64,000 nucleotides of DNA from Candidatus Saccharimonadales bacterium (GCA_035480635.1 DATIHN010000016.1:76017-140016); one strand, 5' to 3'; shown: positions 10,527-20,094, counted from the stretch's first letter. A program made the numbers and translations. The notes: generated by a model not told the origin, from the letters alone.

Positions 10527-10999
10527 TGGTAACTCATTATTTTCATATCAACCCCATAGAGTTTATCGGTGCCTTCGAGTTTGAATCCATACTTGCGGTA
10601 ATAATCTTCATAATTGTGAGTTACCAAACTGATTCGCTCCATGCCTCGACTGCGCACAACCTCGACGAAACTATCCAGCAATTTAGTCCCGAGTTTGGCC
10701 CCACGCGCGTCTGGCCGAACGTAGAGCCAGTAGATTTTGGCGCTGGCATTACCGTTGGTAACGCCAATAATGTAGCCGACCAGTTCCCCGTTACGCCAAG
10801 CTCCCAGTAAGATTCGTGATGGTCTAAAAGCCGCTACCAGCAAACGGATCAGACTATTTTCGCGCAAGACCTGAGCTCGATAGGGTCCCGGAAAGTAGCT
10901 AAAGTCGCTCGCCACCGCCGATTGGAACAGGCGATGGAGCTGGCTAACCTGCCCAGGATTAATGCTTGCGATATGCGTATCTGTTTTCACCCTAAGCAT
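10511..10999 (-). CDS. GNAT family acetyltransferase
   Basis: LYVRPDARGAKLGTKLL motif A; YYRKYGF. Confidence 0.85.
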   Translation of the reverse strand: MLRVKTDTHIASINPGQVSQLHRLFQSAVASDFSYFPGPYRAQVLRENSLIRLLVAAFRPSRILLGAWRNGELVGYIIGVTNGNASAKIYWLYVRPDARGAKLGTKLLDSFVEVVRSRGMERISLVTHNYEDYYRKYGFKLEGTDKLYGVDMKIMSYQWAKK

Positions 11000-11081
11000 T
11001 AGTGTGATCAAAAAACTGATCTAATGCAACTAGGTTAAGGACGATAATTGCCTTTTGGCGCGGATTCGACTAGTGATCATT

Positions 11082-11157
<76 letters not shown>

Positions 11158-11266
11158 GTGTCCAAAATGTTACATTAACAGGTTTACCTAATTTGTTCAA
11201 ATAATCAACTTGACTTATTGAACCAAAACTCTTACCCTTTAATAAAGTTTAGGCTTCGAGCCAACT

Positions 11267-12994
11267 ATGCCAGCTTCAAGAACAAAAACCTCACACAAAA
11301 AAAGTCGATCGACCGCAAAAAAACAGTCTAATGCGGGCAAAGGTTATATTACGATCAAAGGTTTTGCACCGTTCAAAAAGCGCCGGGTTGGAATTTTTGC
11401 CGCCCTGTTTGCAGTTTTTGGCTTAGCCTGGCTGATTTTGGCTCATGCCATTGCCTCATTTAGTCTCGTCGGCACCCACCCCCAGGCCGCCCTGCAACCA
11501 ACTGCCACCGGTCAGACTATCCAGACCCTCAAGGCCTGGAACGGTAAACTCTATGCTGGTTATGGTGATTGGGCCCAGAATACCGGCCCCATCGACATCA
11601 ACCCGCTTGATCTGACTAGTAAGACTTTTGCCACCCAACCCCTACTAAGTGCCAATACTGATGCCATCATTTTATTCCGCAGCCTGAATGGCAAACTGTA
11701 TGCGCCCTCAACCGATCCGCGCAAAGATAAAACGACCGGACAAGAAGCCGATTTTGCCCTCGGCGATACCAGCACTGGCGTTGAAACTTGGACCAATCAC
11801 GTCAACCAAGCCGGCATGACTCATGTTTTCGACATGACGTCCTTTGGCGGCAATCTGTGGATGGCAGGCTCAAAAGGTTATAATGCCGTCGTTTACCGCA
11901 GCAGTGATGGCGGCGCCACCTGGACTCAATCCCTTAGTGAGCCCTCGCAAACCAGTTGCGGTATCGTTGCCGCTCGATATTACTTTATGGTCGTCTATAA
12001 TAATAAACTGTGGGTCCAGGCTGGGGATTTGGGCTGTAGTGTTCATCCCAATTCTATGGTCTTTGATGGCACTAGTTGGTCCAGTGGACCAGCCATTACC
12101 ACATCGCGCTCGGCCTATAATGCCAATACGTTTGCTGGTAAGGTCGTGATCCAAGATTGGCAATCGGTTTCGGCCAGCGCCCTGCGGACATTCAATGGCA
12201 CGACCAACTCGACGGTTCTGAGTTCTGTTTTTAACTACACTATCGCAAGCGATGGTTATTTATATGCTCTACAATCGAATGGCAATGTTAGTAAAAGTCT
12301 AGATTTAACCAATTGGACGGTGGTTGCCACTGCGCCAACCACCGCCCGAAGTATCGAAGTTATGAACGGTATTATCTATGTCGGTACAACTGATTCTAAA
12401 ATTTACGCGGCCGATACCGCCAGCCAGTCCGACACTACCGCCCCATCTGTCTCAATTAGTCAGCCATTGGCCGGCGCAAGTGTCAGCGGCACAACGACGC
12501 TCGCGGCTATAGCGAGCGATAATGTTGGGGTAACCAAGGTTGAATTCTACGTCAATGGGACTTTGGTTGGCAGCGACACCTCATCGCCCTATAATGCAAG
12601 CTGGAATACCGCTGGCTACGCCAATGGATCATATTCAATTTCGGCCATCGCCTATGACGCCGCCGGTAATACAAGGGTCTCTGTGGCTGTAGGAGTCACT
12701 GTCAACAACCTGGTAGTAACTGATACCACTCCGCCAGTTGTTACTATTACCAAGCCCACCGATGGTACCGTCGTCCACCGCAAAGTCTCGATAACTGTAA
12801 CTGCCACCGACAACGTCCAAGTTGCCCGGATCGAAGTCTACGGTGATTCAACCCTGTTAGGGACGGTCTACAATGCTTCGGCTACCATAAATTGGGATAC
12901 GCACGCCTTGGCCAGTGGTCCCCATAGCGTTACGGCCAGAGCTTACGATGCTGCCGGCAATTCTACCTCGACCAGTATCAACGTAATTAAATGA
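11267..12994 (+). CDS. Secreted/surface protein: beta-propeller-like region plus two Ig-like (Big) domains
   Basis: Basic leader and TM ending AHA; Asp-box YRSSDGGATW; two DTTAP/DTTPP...AYDAAGN repeats. Confidence 0.8.
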   Translation: MPASRTKTSHKKSRSTAKKQSNAGKGYITIKGFAPFKKRRVGIFAALFAVFGLAWLILAHAIASFSLVGTHPQAALQPTATGQTIQTLKAWNGKLYAGYGDWAQNTGPIDINPLDLTSKTFATQPLLSANTDAIILFRSLNGKLYAPSTDPRKDKTTGQEADFALGDTSTGVETWTNHVNQAGMTHVFDMTSFGGNLWMAGSKGYNAVVYRSSDGGATWTQSLSEPSQTSCGIVAARYYFMVVYNNKLWVQAGDLGCSVHPNSMVFDGTSWSSGPAITTSRSAYNANTFAGKVVIQDWQSVSASALRTFNGTTNSTVLSSVFNYTIASDGYLYALQSNGNVSKSLDLTNWTVVATAPTTARSIEVMNGIIYVGTTDSKIYAADTASQSDTTAPSVSISQPLAGASVSGTTTLAAIASDNVGVTKVEFYVNGTLVGSDTSSPYNASWNTAGYANGSYSISAIAYDAAGNTRVSVAVGVTVNNLVVTDTTPPVVTITKPTDGTVVHRKVSITVTATDNVQVARIEVYGDSTLLGTVYNASATINWDTHALASGPHSVTARAYDAAGNSTSTSINVIK

Positions 12995-13013
12995 CTTCAG
13001 TTTAGTTGGATTG

Positions 13014-13181
13014 TTAAATAATTTTGAAGATTTTCAGGATCAAATAGCCTAATCCGCTAAGGATTGAGAGGCCGAGCAGCCACGCTACGAAAAAACCAAA
13101 ACCAAAGCGAAAGCCGTCGCTAAATCCAAAACCGTTTGGTGGCACGATATCGGTATTAGCACCAAGTAAATTCTTTTTCAT
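13014..13181 (-). CDS. Small membrane protein
   Basis: MKKNLL...DGFRFGFGFFVAWLLG; TACAAT 7 nt before ATG. Confidence 0.6.
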   Translation of the reverse strand: MKKNLLGANTDIVPPNGFGFSDGFRFGFGFFVAWLLGLSILSGLGYLILKIFKII

Positions 13182-13203
13182 TGCTTGAATTGTACCATAA
13201 CCA

Positions 13204-13980
13204 TTAAGGTTGAGGCTTAGCAATAACAACTATCCGTTCAGTCTGACGTTTGTCGTAGCAGGTGTAGATCGTTAGCTGGCTATCGCTAGTTGGGTTTAAT
13301 ATGGCCGTATCGTTTTGGTTGATGCGTTTAGTTTCACTAACGCTATAGGCGAGGCGAGTGCCGTACCAATCAACATAGATGGTATCGCCAACCGCAACCT
13401 CGCCTAAGTTATACAGCGTCGAAGTATTTGGGGGCAGATATTTAAAACGGTGACCAGATAGCACCAAGTTGTCGCCAGCAATTTGACCACGTTGATGCCA
13501 GACTCCTTCGTGTTTTTTCAACACGTCCAGCGAGGCCCCCTCTAAGATAGTCGTATCAACCCCAATCTTGGGAATAATAACTCGATTATGGTTAGAGTCT
13601 GGAGCAGCAATGGCTTGGGTATCGCCAAAGCTGCCAATTTGTTTTTGAACCTGAAATTTAACACTAGGATAGAGTGGGTAGAGCACCAAAAAAACCCCGG
13701 CGATTAACAAGGCCGACAGAGTTGGCACAGCGATACCACGCTTCAAAGTCGGAACTAATTTGCGCCAATGGCTGGGTTTAGGTGCTGACTCAAAGCGAGC
13801 CGGACTGAAAGTAAAGAATCCCGAGGGCGCCGGATCGTCCCAATGTTTCGGCTGGCGATAGGCGATCTTTTGGGCATCGTCTATCTTATAGACCCATCGC
13901 CTAGTTATCAGTGTCCGGTTAGGTCTAAAGTTGGCGGGCTCTGGGATCAGCCGGCCGAGCTTATACTTGGTCGCGGCCAA
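13204..13980 (-). CDS. Sortase
   Basis: TM anchor; IPKIGVD, LSGHRF (His), LTIYTC (Cys), ERIVV (Arg). Confidence 0.92.
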   Translation of the reverse strand: MAATKYKLGRLIPEPANFRPNRTLITRRWVYKIDDAQKIAYRQPKHWDDPAPSGFFTFSPARFESAPKPSHWRKLVPTLKRGIAVPTLSALLIAGVFLVLYPLYPSVKFQVQKQIGSFGDTQAIAAPDSNHNRVIIPKIGVDTTILEGASLDVLKKHEGVWHQRGQIAGDNLVLSGHRFKYLPPNTSTLYNLGEVAVGDTIYVDWYGTRLAYSVSETKRINQNDTAILNPTSDSQLTIYTCYDKRQTERIVVIAKPQP

Positions 13981-15148
13981 TTTTGGTGACCAAGATTAGG
14001 CCAGTTGTTGCCCCAATCGCTAGCACCAACCCAAGCAAGGTTAAGATAGCGGTATTATCACCGGTTGGAGCAATTTGAGTGGTGGCTGGAGCGGCGGTGG
14101 CAGTATTGACGCTGATGGTGAAGGTCGAAGCCGTGCGATTCCCAGCCCCGTCAGCCACAGTGATAGTTACGGTGTGATCACCATTGGCCAGATCTTGGCT
14201 AATGCCGATGGTCCATTTACCGCTGGCATCAACGGTGGCGGTCCCGGTCTGGTTATCGGGAGCAATTGCTACTGAAACGGTAGCACCGACCTCAGCTGTA
14301 CCGGCGATGGTCGGGTGATTGTCTGTGGTCGAAAGGCTGGTTGCGCCTTTGGCAACGGTTTTTGACCCGACAGTTGTGATTTGGGCTGCCACTGGGGCGG
14401 TACTATCAATCATGAAATCAGCGACTGTTTCAGCGTTAGCGCCATAGGCCACCCAATCACTGGTGCTATCGCCCACGGCAAAGCGGGCCTGCCAATGGTA
14501 CGAACCGTCATGCAAATCAGTTACCGCCACCTTGGCTGCAATATTACCGCCGGTAGCAGTCAGGCTGCTGCCCTTATAGTTGGGCTGCCCGGTGAAGGCA
14601 GTTCCGACTGGTTGGACCTCAACTTGCGGCTCAACGCTACCACTGTTGGCCGAGGTCGTCATCGTAAAATCAAGTTCGAGTGGGTTTTTGGTCAGAGCAC
14701 CAGTAGCTAAAGTTTGAGTGCTAGCATCTTTTTGGGCTAAATCAGTTGGTGCCACTGCAGTGACCGGCACAGTTTGAGCTGGTTGTTGGCTGGTTTGATT
14801 GTGGGATGGCCGATAACTCTTGAAGTACCAATAGGTCCCACCACCGGCCAACAGCAGTACCAGTAGAATTATTAAACCAATGATGATTGGTCGATTATTG
14901 TGAGGTGATTTTGGAGCCGGCGGAGCCCCTGGTGGCGGAGGTGGTGTTGGTGGTACCGGCACTTCAGGTGGGGGAAGCGGCGATTGATCCTTTTTACTGG
15001 CCGGTTTTGTTGGCGCCGCCACCGCTGGTTGCACGATGGTTCCAGGATGTAAAAAGTCTACCCGAGTACTAGCATGAGACTCGTCCTCGTCCTTGAGGTG
15101 CTCGAGTAGGGGATTAACTTTTGGAGTTGTTTGAGTCGTTGGCTCCAC
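13961..15148 (-). CDS. Ig-like domain surface protein with Pro-rich N-terminus and C-terminal sorting-like signal
   Basis: Internal TM, Big-like domain (TDNHPTIAGTAE...VADGAGN), IAPTG then TM then basic tail; adjacent to sortase. Confidence 0.75.
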   Translation of the reverse strand: MEPTTQTTPKVNPLLEHLKDEDESHASTRVDFLHPGTIVQPAVAAPTKPASKKDQSPLPPPEVPVPPTPPPPPGAPPAPKSPHNNRPIIIGLIILLVLLLAGGGTYWYFKSYRPSHNQTSQQPAQTVPVTAVAPTDLAQKDASTQTLATGALTKNPLELDFTMTTSANSGSVEPQVEVQPVGTAFTGQPNYKGSSLTATGGNIAAKVAVTDLHDGSYHWQARFAVGDSTSDWVAYGANAETVADFMIDSTAPVAAQITTVGSKTVAKGATSLSTTDNHPTIAGTAEVGATVSVAIAPDNQTGTATVDASGKWTIGISQDLANGDHTVTITVADGAGNRTASTFTISVNTATAAPATTQIAPTGDNTAILTLLGLVLAIGATTGLILVTKIGRDQV

Positions 15149-15221
15149 ACTTCGCCTCTCACTTAAGCAATATCATACTACTTAAGCTTGGGGTGGTGCA
15201 ATCTTTTCAAACTGATAATGT

Positions 15222-15527
15222 TTAGTAATTCGAGACGTCTTGATTCGATGCTGCTGGTTGCAGGTTGGGTTGGCCGGACTGATCTACGCCTTGGTTATTA
15301 GTGCTCGGATTAGATGTCTGTTGGGGGCTGGTGGTTGTGCTCTCAGATCCGTTGGTCGGTGCGACTTGAATATCCGGTTGAGTCGATGTGGATGCAGTTG
15401 ACTCGGTTTGGTCGGGATGGATTTGATTAGAAACAATTTGGCTAGTGCCAAAGATAACTAGGACACTCAATCCGGCTAGTAAAAATATGGTGAAAGTTTT
15501 TTTATCGATCAGTAATTGATTAGACAT
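15222..15527 (-). CDS. Hypothetical membrane-anchored Ser/Thr/Gln-rich protein
   Basis: MSNQLL start just 3' of the tRNA; N-terminal TM and low-complexity tail. Confidence 0.6.
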   Translation of the reverse strand: MSNQLLIDKKTFTIFLLAGLSVLVIFGTSQIVSNQIHPDQTESTASTSTQPDIQVAPTNGSESTTTSPQQTSNPSTNNQGVDQSGQPNLQPAASNQDVSNY

Positions 15528-15536
15528 AGTTTTCCT

Positions 15537-15612
15537 TGGTGGAGCCGGGGAGACTCGAACTCCCTGCCTCAGCAATGCGAATGCTGCGCTCTACCGGGTG
15601 AGCTACGGCCCC
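15537..15612 (-). tRNA. tRNA-Ala(CGC)
   Basis: GGGGCCGTAGCTCACCCGGTAGAGCGCAGCATTCGCATTGCTGAGGCAGGGAGTTCGAGTCTCCCCGGCTCCACCA. Confidence 0.95.
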
Positions 15613-15699
15613 GTGCCGCTGCCGGTACCTTAAAGGCCTAGACCGCTTGTAGCTTAACTGAGATTGGCTGGTTTGGCCAGTTTTTTGTTCGAGCAGCCT

Positions 15700-16953
15700 C
15701 TACCAAATGAGGTCTTTACCGGCAACTTCTACCCGATCGCCCGCCTTAAGTCCCTTCTGCTCTAACTTTTTAACAATGCCCAATTTAGTTAAAATATCTC
15801 GCAAACGGGCTAGGCTGTCAGGGTTGGCAAAATCAGTCCGTTTGGCAAAACGCTCTGGTTTTTGGCCACTGATGCGCCAACCGCTATCAAGTTTTTCAAT
15901 TTCCCAAGCCGCTTCAGGTAGTTTGGTGTTGGATAGATCATAGACGAAAGGCGTCTCGGATTCTGGTTGGCTGCGGTGTTGGCGCAAAATTTCGGCCACA
16001 GCTCTTAGTAACTCGGCAAGACCCTTGTGAGCCGGAGCAGAAATGGCATAAACGGGTCTTTTAGTGGCTTTTTTGAGTTGAGCAACGATCAGTTTTACCT
16101 TAGCTGGCTCAAGACCATCGATTTTAGTGAGGACCACGATCTGCTCTTTATTTATTAAGTCATGGCCGTAACTTTTGAGTTCTTGTTGAATCAGGCGGTA
16201 ATTAGTCACCACGTCCTGACTATGAGCATCAATCAAATGCAGCAAGATGCTAGTGCGTTCAATATGGCGCAGGAACTCATCGCCCAAGCCTTTACCTAAA
16301 CTAGCGCCCTCGATTAACCCCGGGATGTCGGCGGCCACGAAGCTGTCGTCATCGATTGCTACCACCCCAAGGTTCGGCACTAGGGTGGTAAATGCGTAGT
16401 CGGCAATTTCCGGCCGAGCATTAGAAATGACTGATAACAGGGTCGATTTACCAGCGTTGGGTAATCCAATCAGGCCAACATCGGCCACCAGCTTTAGTTC
16501 CAACCGCAGCTGCATTTCCTCACCGGCCTCGCCCAATTCGGCCACCCGAGGTGATTGGCGGGTTGAAGACACAAAATGAGCGTTACCAAAGCCACCGCGG
16601 CCGCCTTGGGCCATAACTTGGCTTTGGCCATCTTCGGCTAGATCGGCGATTTGTTTATCGCCCACATAAACCATGGTGCCAACGGGTACTTTGATGGTTA
16701 TGTCCTCGGCCGATTTGCCATGAGCCTTGTTTTTGCCACCCATTTCGCCGTCGCTAGCAGCGAGAGACTTGTGGTTACGAAAACTGGCTAGGGTATTTAG
16801 GTTGTGATCGACTAGAAAAATAATATCGCCGCCATGGCCGCCATCACCACCGTCGGGGCCACCTTTGGCCCGATATTTTTCGTGCAAAAAGCTGGTCCGG
16901 CCATCGCCGCCTTTGCCAGCTTTAACTTTTATTTCGACATTATCTGCAAACAT
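15700..16953 (-). CDS. obgE: GTPase ObgE/CgtA
   Basis: GGPDGGDGGHGG Obg fold, GLPNAGKST, FTTLVPNLG, DIPGLIEGA, TKID. Confidence 0.98.
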   Translation of the reverse strand: MFADNVEIKVKAGKGGDGRTSFLHEKYRAKGGPDGGDGGHGGDIIFLVDHNLNTLASFRNHKSLAASDGEMGGKNKAHGKSAEDITIKVPVGTMVYVGDKQIADLAEDGQSQVMAQGGRGGFGNAHFVSSTRQSPRVAELGEAGEEMQLRLELKLVADVGLIGLPNAGKSTLLSVISNARPEIADYAFTTLVPNLGVVAIDDDSFVAADIPGLIEGASLGKGLGDEFLRHIERTSILLHLIDAHSQDVVTNYRLIQQELKSYGHDLINKEQIVVLTKIDGLEPAKVKLIVAQLKKATKRPVYAISAPAHKGLAELLRAVAEILRQHRSQPESETPFVYDLSNTKLPEAAWEIEKLDSGWRISGQKPERFAKRTDFANPDSLARLRDILTKLGIVKKLEQKGLKAGDRVEVAGKDLIW

Positions 16954-16986
16954 AGTTTTATTTTACCAAGTTTATTAAACCGACAA

Positions 16987-17650
16987 CCCCCGGGTCCGAA
17001 GACCCGGGGGCAACTTTCCGCCAATGCGGTCGGAGGAAACTGGCGATCAGCTCGGTCTGACCAACTCAGTCTTGCACATTCTGGTGACACAGTCGCCACG
17101 AGGCAGATGGTCACCGGAACTCCGGAGTGCTTGCTCTATGCGCCCTTGCGGGATCACCGGGGTTGACCCGGGCCGAGATACGGATTCTTGATTAGGCAGT
17201 TCCGTAGAACCTTATCGGCATGGTGGACTCGCGTCCAACCACCACCTTACTCTGGTGAGCTGACTACTTGGGTCGGTGTGGCCGTCCCAGATGGTCCCAG
17301 AGTAGTGCCAATTTCAAGTGGAGTTTCCTCCGCGAGGTAGAGCTGACGGATCCGATGGCAGGGTAGCAATCGAACCGCCTCTCGTCACGTGGGTGTCTAA
17401 TCCGCGTGAGTCAGCCAGACCTCTCTTGACGCTTGGCACTGGCCCCGTCCTTTCACTGCCCGAAGGCAAGCGACAGTTTCGGGGCACCGACGCTTCGCTC
17501 CGCTCCGCTTGGTCGACCCGGTCAGGTCTTCCTTTTGGTGGTAGCTAGCATCGGTTCGACCGGCTGTGGCCGCGCTCGAGGCACGTTCCGCAAACCAGTG
17601 CGAATTGTCAATCTGTTCTCGTCCACTCTGCATTACGAAGACCAAACAGG
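16987..17650 (-). ncRNA. Putative large structured non-coding RNA (~660 nt), class unassigned
   Basis: Upstream sigma70 promoter, many nested helices including an 11-bp long-range pair, UUCG/GNRA loops on the minus strand, terminal hairpin; no credible ORF. Confidence 0.7.
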
Positions 17651-17655
17651 ACCTA

Positions 17656-17684
17656 AATATAATCCTTTCAAAAACAACGATCAA
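17656..17684 (-). promoter_or_regulatory. Sigma70-type promoter of the putative ncRNA
   Basis: TTGATC-17 bp-TATATT on minus strand. Confidence 0.55.
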
Positions 17685-17775
17685 GCATAAGCAATTTGAT
17701 TTTTACAGATTAGAAACATTAAAAACCAAAATTTTCTCAAAAAAGTTATCCACAGTTTTGGATGGCCGAGATAGC

Positions 17776-19020
17776 TTAATAAATGTAGCGGAACTCGCTG
17801 GCTGGTACCGTTCGCGACGAGATGTGGTTCCAACCGCCGTTGTAATTCATTTCCGAAACCGTCACCATGCCGCCCGAAACTCCCTCAACATAGGCCACAT
17901 GGCCGTAGTAACCACCGGAGGTCCAAGCGATGGCGCCGGCGGCCGGGGCTGAGCCCACGGCGTAACCGCTAGCTTTGGCATTGTAATACCAGGCAGCAGC
18001 ATTGCCCCAGTTACTGGGCACATAGCGGCGGCTAGCCACGTAGTAAGTGCAATAACCATAGGCGTAACCATTACCGCTGAAGGCCAACCGAGGCAAGAGG
18101 CGGCTGTTACGCCCGCTGGTAGCGATAGCAATGTTGGTGGCGGCCTTGGCAGCTGGAGCATCAGCTTTGACGCCATCGGGGATGATAATTTGTTGGCCAG
18201 GTGTTAGACCCTTAACCTCAGCATCATTAAAGCTCAGGATTTGAGCGGCATTCGATTGATATTTAGCCGCCAAACTATCGGCCGTATCGCCCCCTTGAAC
18301 GGTGTAGAGCAAGCCACTAATCGGCAAAATAGTTAGGGCTTGACCGGGCTTGATGTTATCAGAGTCAGTTAAATTATTAGCCCACTTAATGGTGGCGGTT
18401 GTGACATTAAATTTAGCCGCGATACCGGAAAGGGTATCGCCATCGGCCACGCTGTAATTAATAATAGTGTGCTGATCGGCCCCGCTGGTGGCAACGGCCT
18501 GTCGTTTATTCAAAAAGTCACTACTGGAAGTAGGTAGGGATATTTGCGCGCTCAAAGCCGAAGCGGTCTGATTAGCATCGGAAGCAATCGTCAAATTAGT
18601 TTTGGCTGCTACCACTGCTGCCACATTGGCAGCCGAAGCCTCATCCAAAACTGAACCCAGCCCAGCCGGAGAGTTAATTAAACTGGCTTGATGGCTCGAA
18701 GCCGAGCTCCCAGCCACAACCACGAGTGTAATTGCGCTGGCCACTGCCACGTGCAAACTAAGCCTTTTGGCAGTTGGTTGAGCCAGGACTGTGCGCACAT
18801 TCTTAACTTGGTTTTCAGTTGCTCGGGCTAGTTCGGCCGAGCGGTTTTTGGCGTCTGTTAAACGTGGGAGTTTTGTTTTAGAGATGGACTCGGCTGCTCC
18901 GGTTCCAAGCTGCCAGGTGGCAGGCGGGAACGATTCGAGGGAGCCGCTGAAGGCTTCTCTACTAATGTGATTTCTCCACCCCAAGCCGGTATTACTACCG
19001 ATTGGGAAACTAAGGGCCAC
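17776..19020 (-). CDS. LysM (x2) plus CHAP domain peptidoglycan hydrolase
   Basis: YSVADGDTLSGIA and YTVQGGDTADSLA LysMs; YGYCTYYV, WGNA, YGHVAYVE, VSEMNY CHAP; true start uncertain (possibly 18966). Confidence 0.92.
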   Translation of the reverse strand: MALSFPIGSNTGLGWRNHISREAFSGSLESFPPATWQLGTGAAESISKTKLPRLTDAKNRSAELARATENQVKNVRTVLAQPTAKRLSLHVAVASAITLVVVAGSSASSHQASLINSPAGLGSVLDEASAANVAAVVAAKTNLTIASDANQTASALSAQISLPTSSSDFLNKRQAVATSGADQHTIINYSVADGDTLSGIAAKFNVTTATIKWANNLTDSDNIKPGQALTILPISGLLYTVQGGDTADSLAAKYQSNAAQILSFNDAEVKGLTPGQQIIIPDGVKADAPAAKAATNIAIATSGRNSRLLPRLAFSGNGYAYGYCTYYVASRRYVPSNWGNAAAWYYNAKASGYAVGSAPAAGAIAWTSGGYYGHVAYVEGVSGGMVTVSEMNYNGGWNHISSRTVPASEFRYIY

Positions 19021-19157
19021 GTCTTCCTTGCAAAATTGCGAGCAGAAGGACTTCGACCTTAGGTTAATACCTTCGTATCGACGTTGCCTCTAGGTAACCA
19101 ATGAGCAAAAACTATAGCCACAAGGCAATAAGCTAATGCTTATTAATGTACTTGTTA

Positions 19158-19186
19158 AGGATAACAAGGCCACTTTAACCTGTCAA
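19158..19186 (-). promoter_or_regulatory. Sigma70-type promoter for LysM-CHAP gene, giving a long 5' leader
   Basis: TTGACA-17 bp-TATCCT. Confidence 0.55.
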
Positions 19187-19252
19187 CCGTAGCTAAACCG
19201 CACAACTCACGTATGTCAAACATGACAATTCAGCTTGGAATATAAATGAAAA

Positions 19253-19282
19253 CGGCGGCTCGAGATTGCTCTCAAGCCGCCG
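19253..19282 (-). terminator. Intrinsic terminator after yjjX-like gene
   Basis: CGGCGGCT..AGCCGCCG stem followed by TTTTCATTT on minus strand. Confidence 0.7.
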
Positions 19283-19299
19283 GGGTCTTGGCTGGCTAA

Positions 19300-20094
19300 C
19301 TAGCGAGCAAAGACGTTGCGGATGATCTCATCATCGCGTACCCATGCCAACCAACAGTCTGGATCGTGAACCCTAGCAGGAAGTGCCGTGGGTTCCACGT
19401 CACGTACTGGCCGATAGTTGGGACCCATGTTGGAGCCCAGGGTCGTGACTACATCCAGATAATGCTGCCCGACTGCGATCGGCTGGCCACAACCAGCACA
19501 ATTGGTCTGCAAACCTTCCGGAACTACCAGATAGGTTAACTGGAATGCTGAGTTGTCGTGGCCGTCGTATAGATCAGGGTGGGTAAATCGCGCCATAGCA
19601 AAGATGGCCCCATCACGATAGGCCTCCAAACGTGGTAACCCACAGTTTGTCATAACCCCGAAGAATCCGCTGCCGGTTCCAAGATTCGCTTGACCTAAGA
19701 CTGCCTCGCAAGCTTGGTTGAGGTCCATGCCCTGCCGCAACAGTTCGGTTATGGCTGGTGGTACCAGCATCGATGGAGTGGCACCCCAACCCAGCCGACC
19801 TCCGCGGTCAACAATTGCGATCCAGCCGCACTCCATAATCGAGCCACTTTCACTCCACAACCCACCCTCCATACCCACACCGAAATCGGCTGTAGATTGG
19901 GTCATGGCATTTCCAGCTCGAGTCAGCGCACCCAAACGAGCAGTTGCCATCGTCATTGGTTGATCTGGAACCCCAGAATCGACGCTTCGGCCGAAGACAT
20001 CCCAGTGTTTTTCAGGCCAAACTTTCGTGAAAGCCTGCAGGGTCGCCGCAATTTTGACTGGGTTGGTTGTGCCAACACATACGCTTGGCATCAT
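19300..20094 (-). CDS. yjjX: Inosine/xanthosine triphosphatase (YjjX family) with C-terminal Cys/His extension
   Basis: VGTTNPVKI, VDSGVPDQPM, GALTRA, GVGMEGG. Confidence 0.85.
   Translation of the reverse strand: MMPSVCVGTTNPVKIAATLQAFTKVWPEKHWDVFGRSVDSGVPDQPMTMATARLGALTRAGNAMTQSTADFGVGMEGGLWSESGSIMECGWIAIVDRGGRLGWGATPSMLVPPAITELLRQGMDLNQACEAVLGQANLGTGSGFFGVMTNCGLPRLEAYRDGAIFAMARFTHPDLYDGHDNSAFQLTYLVVPEGLQTNCAGCGQPIAVGQHYLDVVTTLGSNMGPNYRPVRDVEPTALPARVHDPDCWLAWVRDDEIIRNVFAR

Noticed and set aside
17318-17335. GAGGAAACUCC resembling the RNase P RNA motif GAGGAAAGUCC
   Set aside because: Here it has a perfect long-range partner at 17031-17041, and I could not find the other RNase P conserved regions or the 3' P4 strand; cmscan would settle it
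17746-17754. Perfect DnaA boxes TTATCCACA (also 33188-33196 and 43472-43480)
   Set aside because: Isolated single boxes, no cluster and no dnaA/dnaN nearby; not called as oriC
16834-17952. Short ORFs on both strands across the obgE / LysM-CHAP gap
   Set aside because: Mutually overlapping, no SD, no motifs; better explained as chance ORFs in a GC-rich structured region
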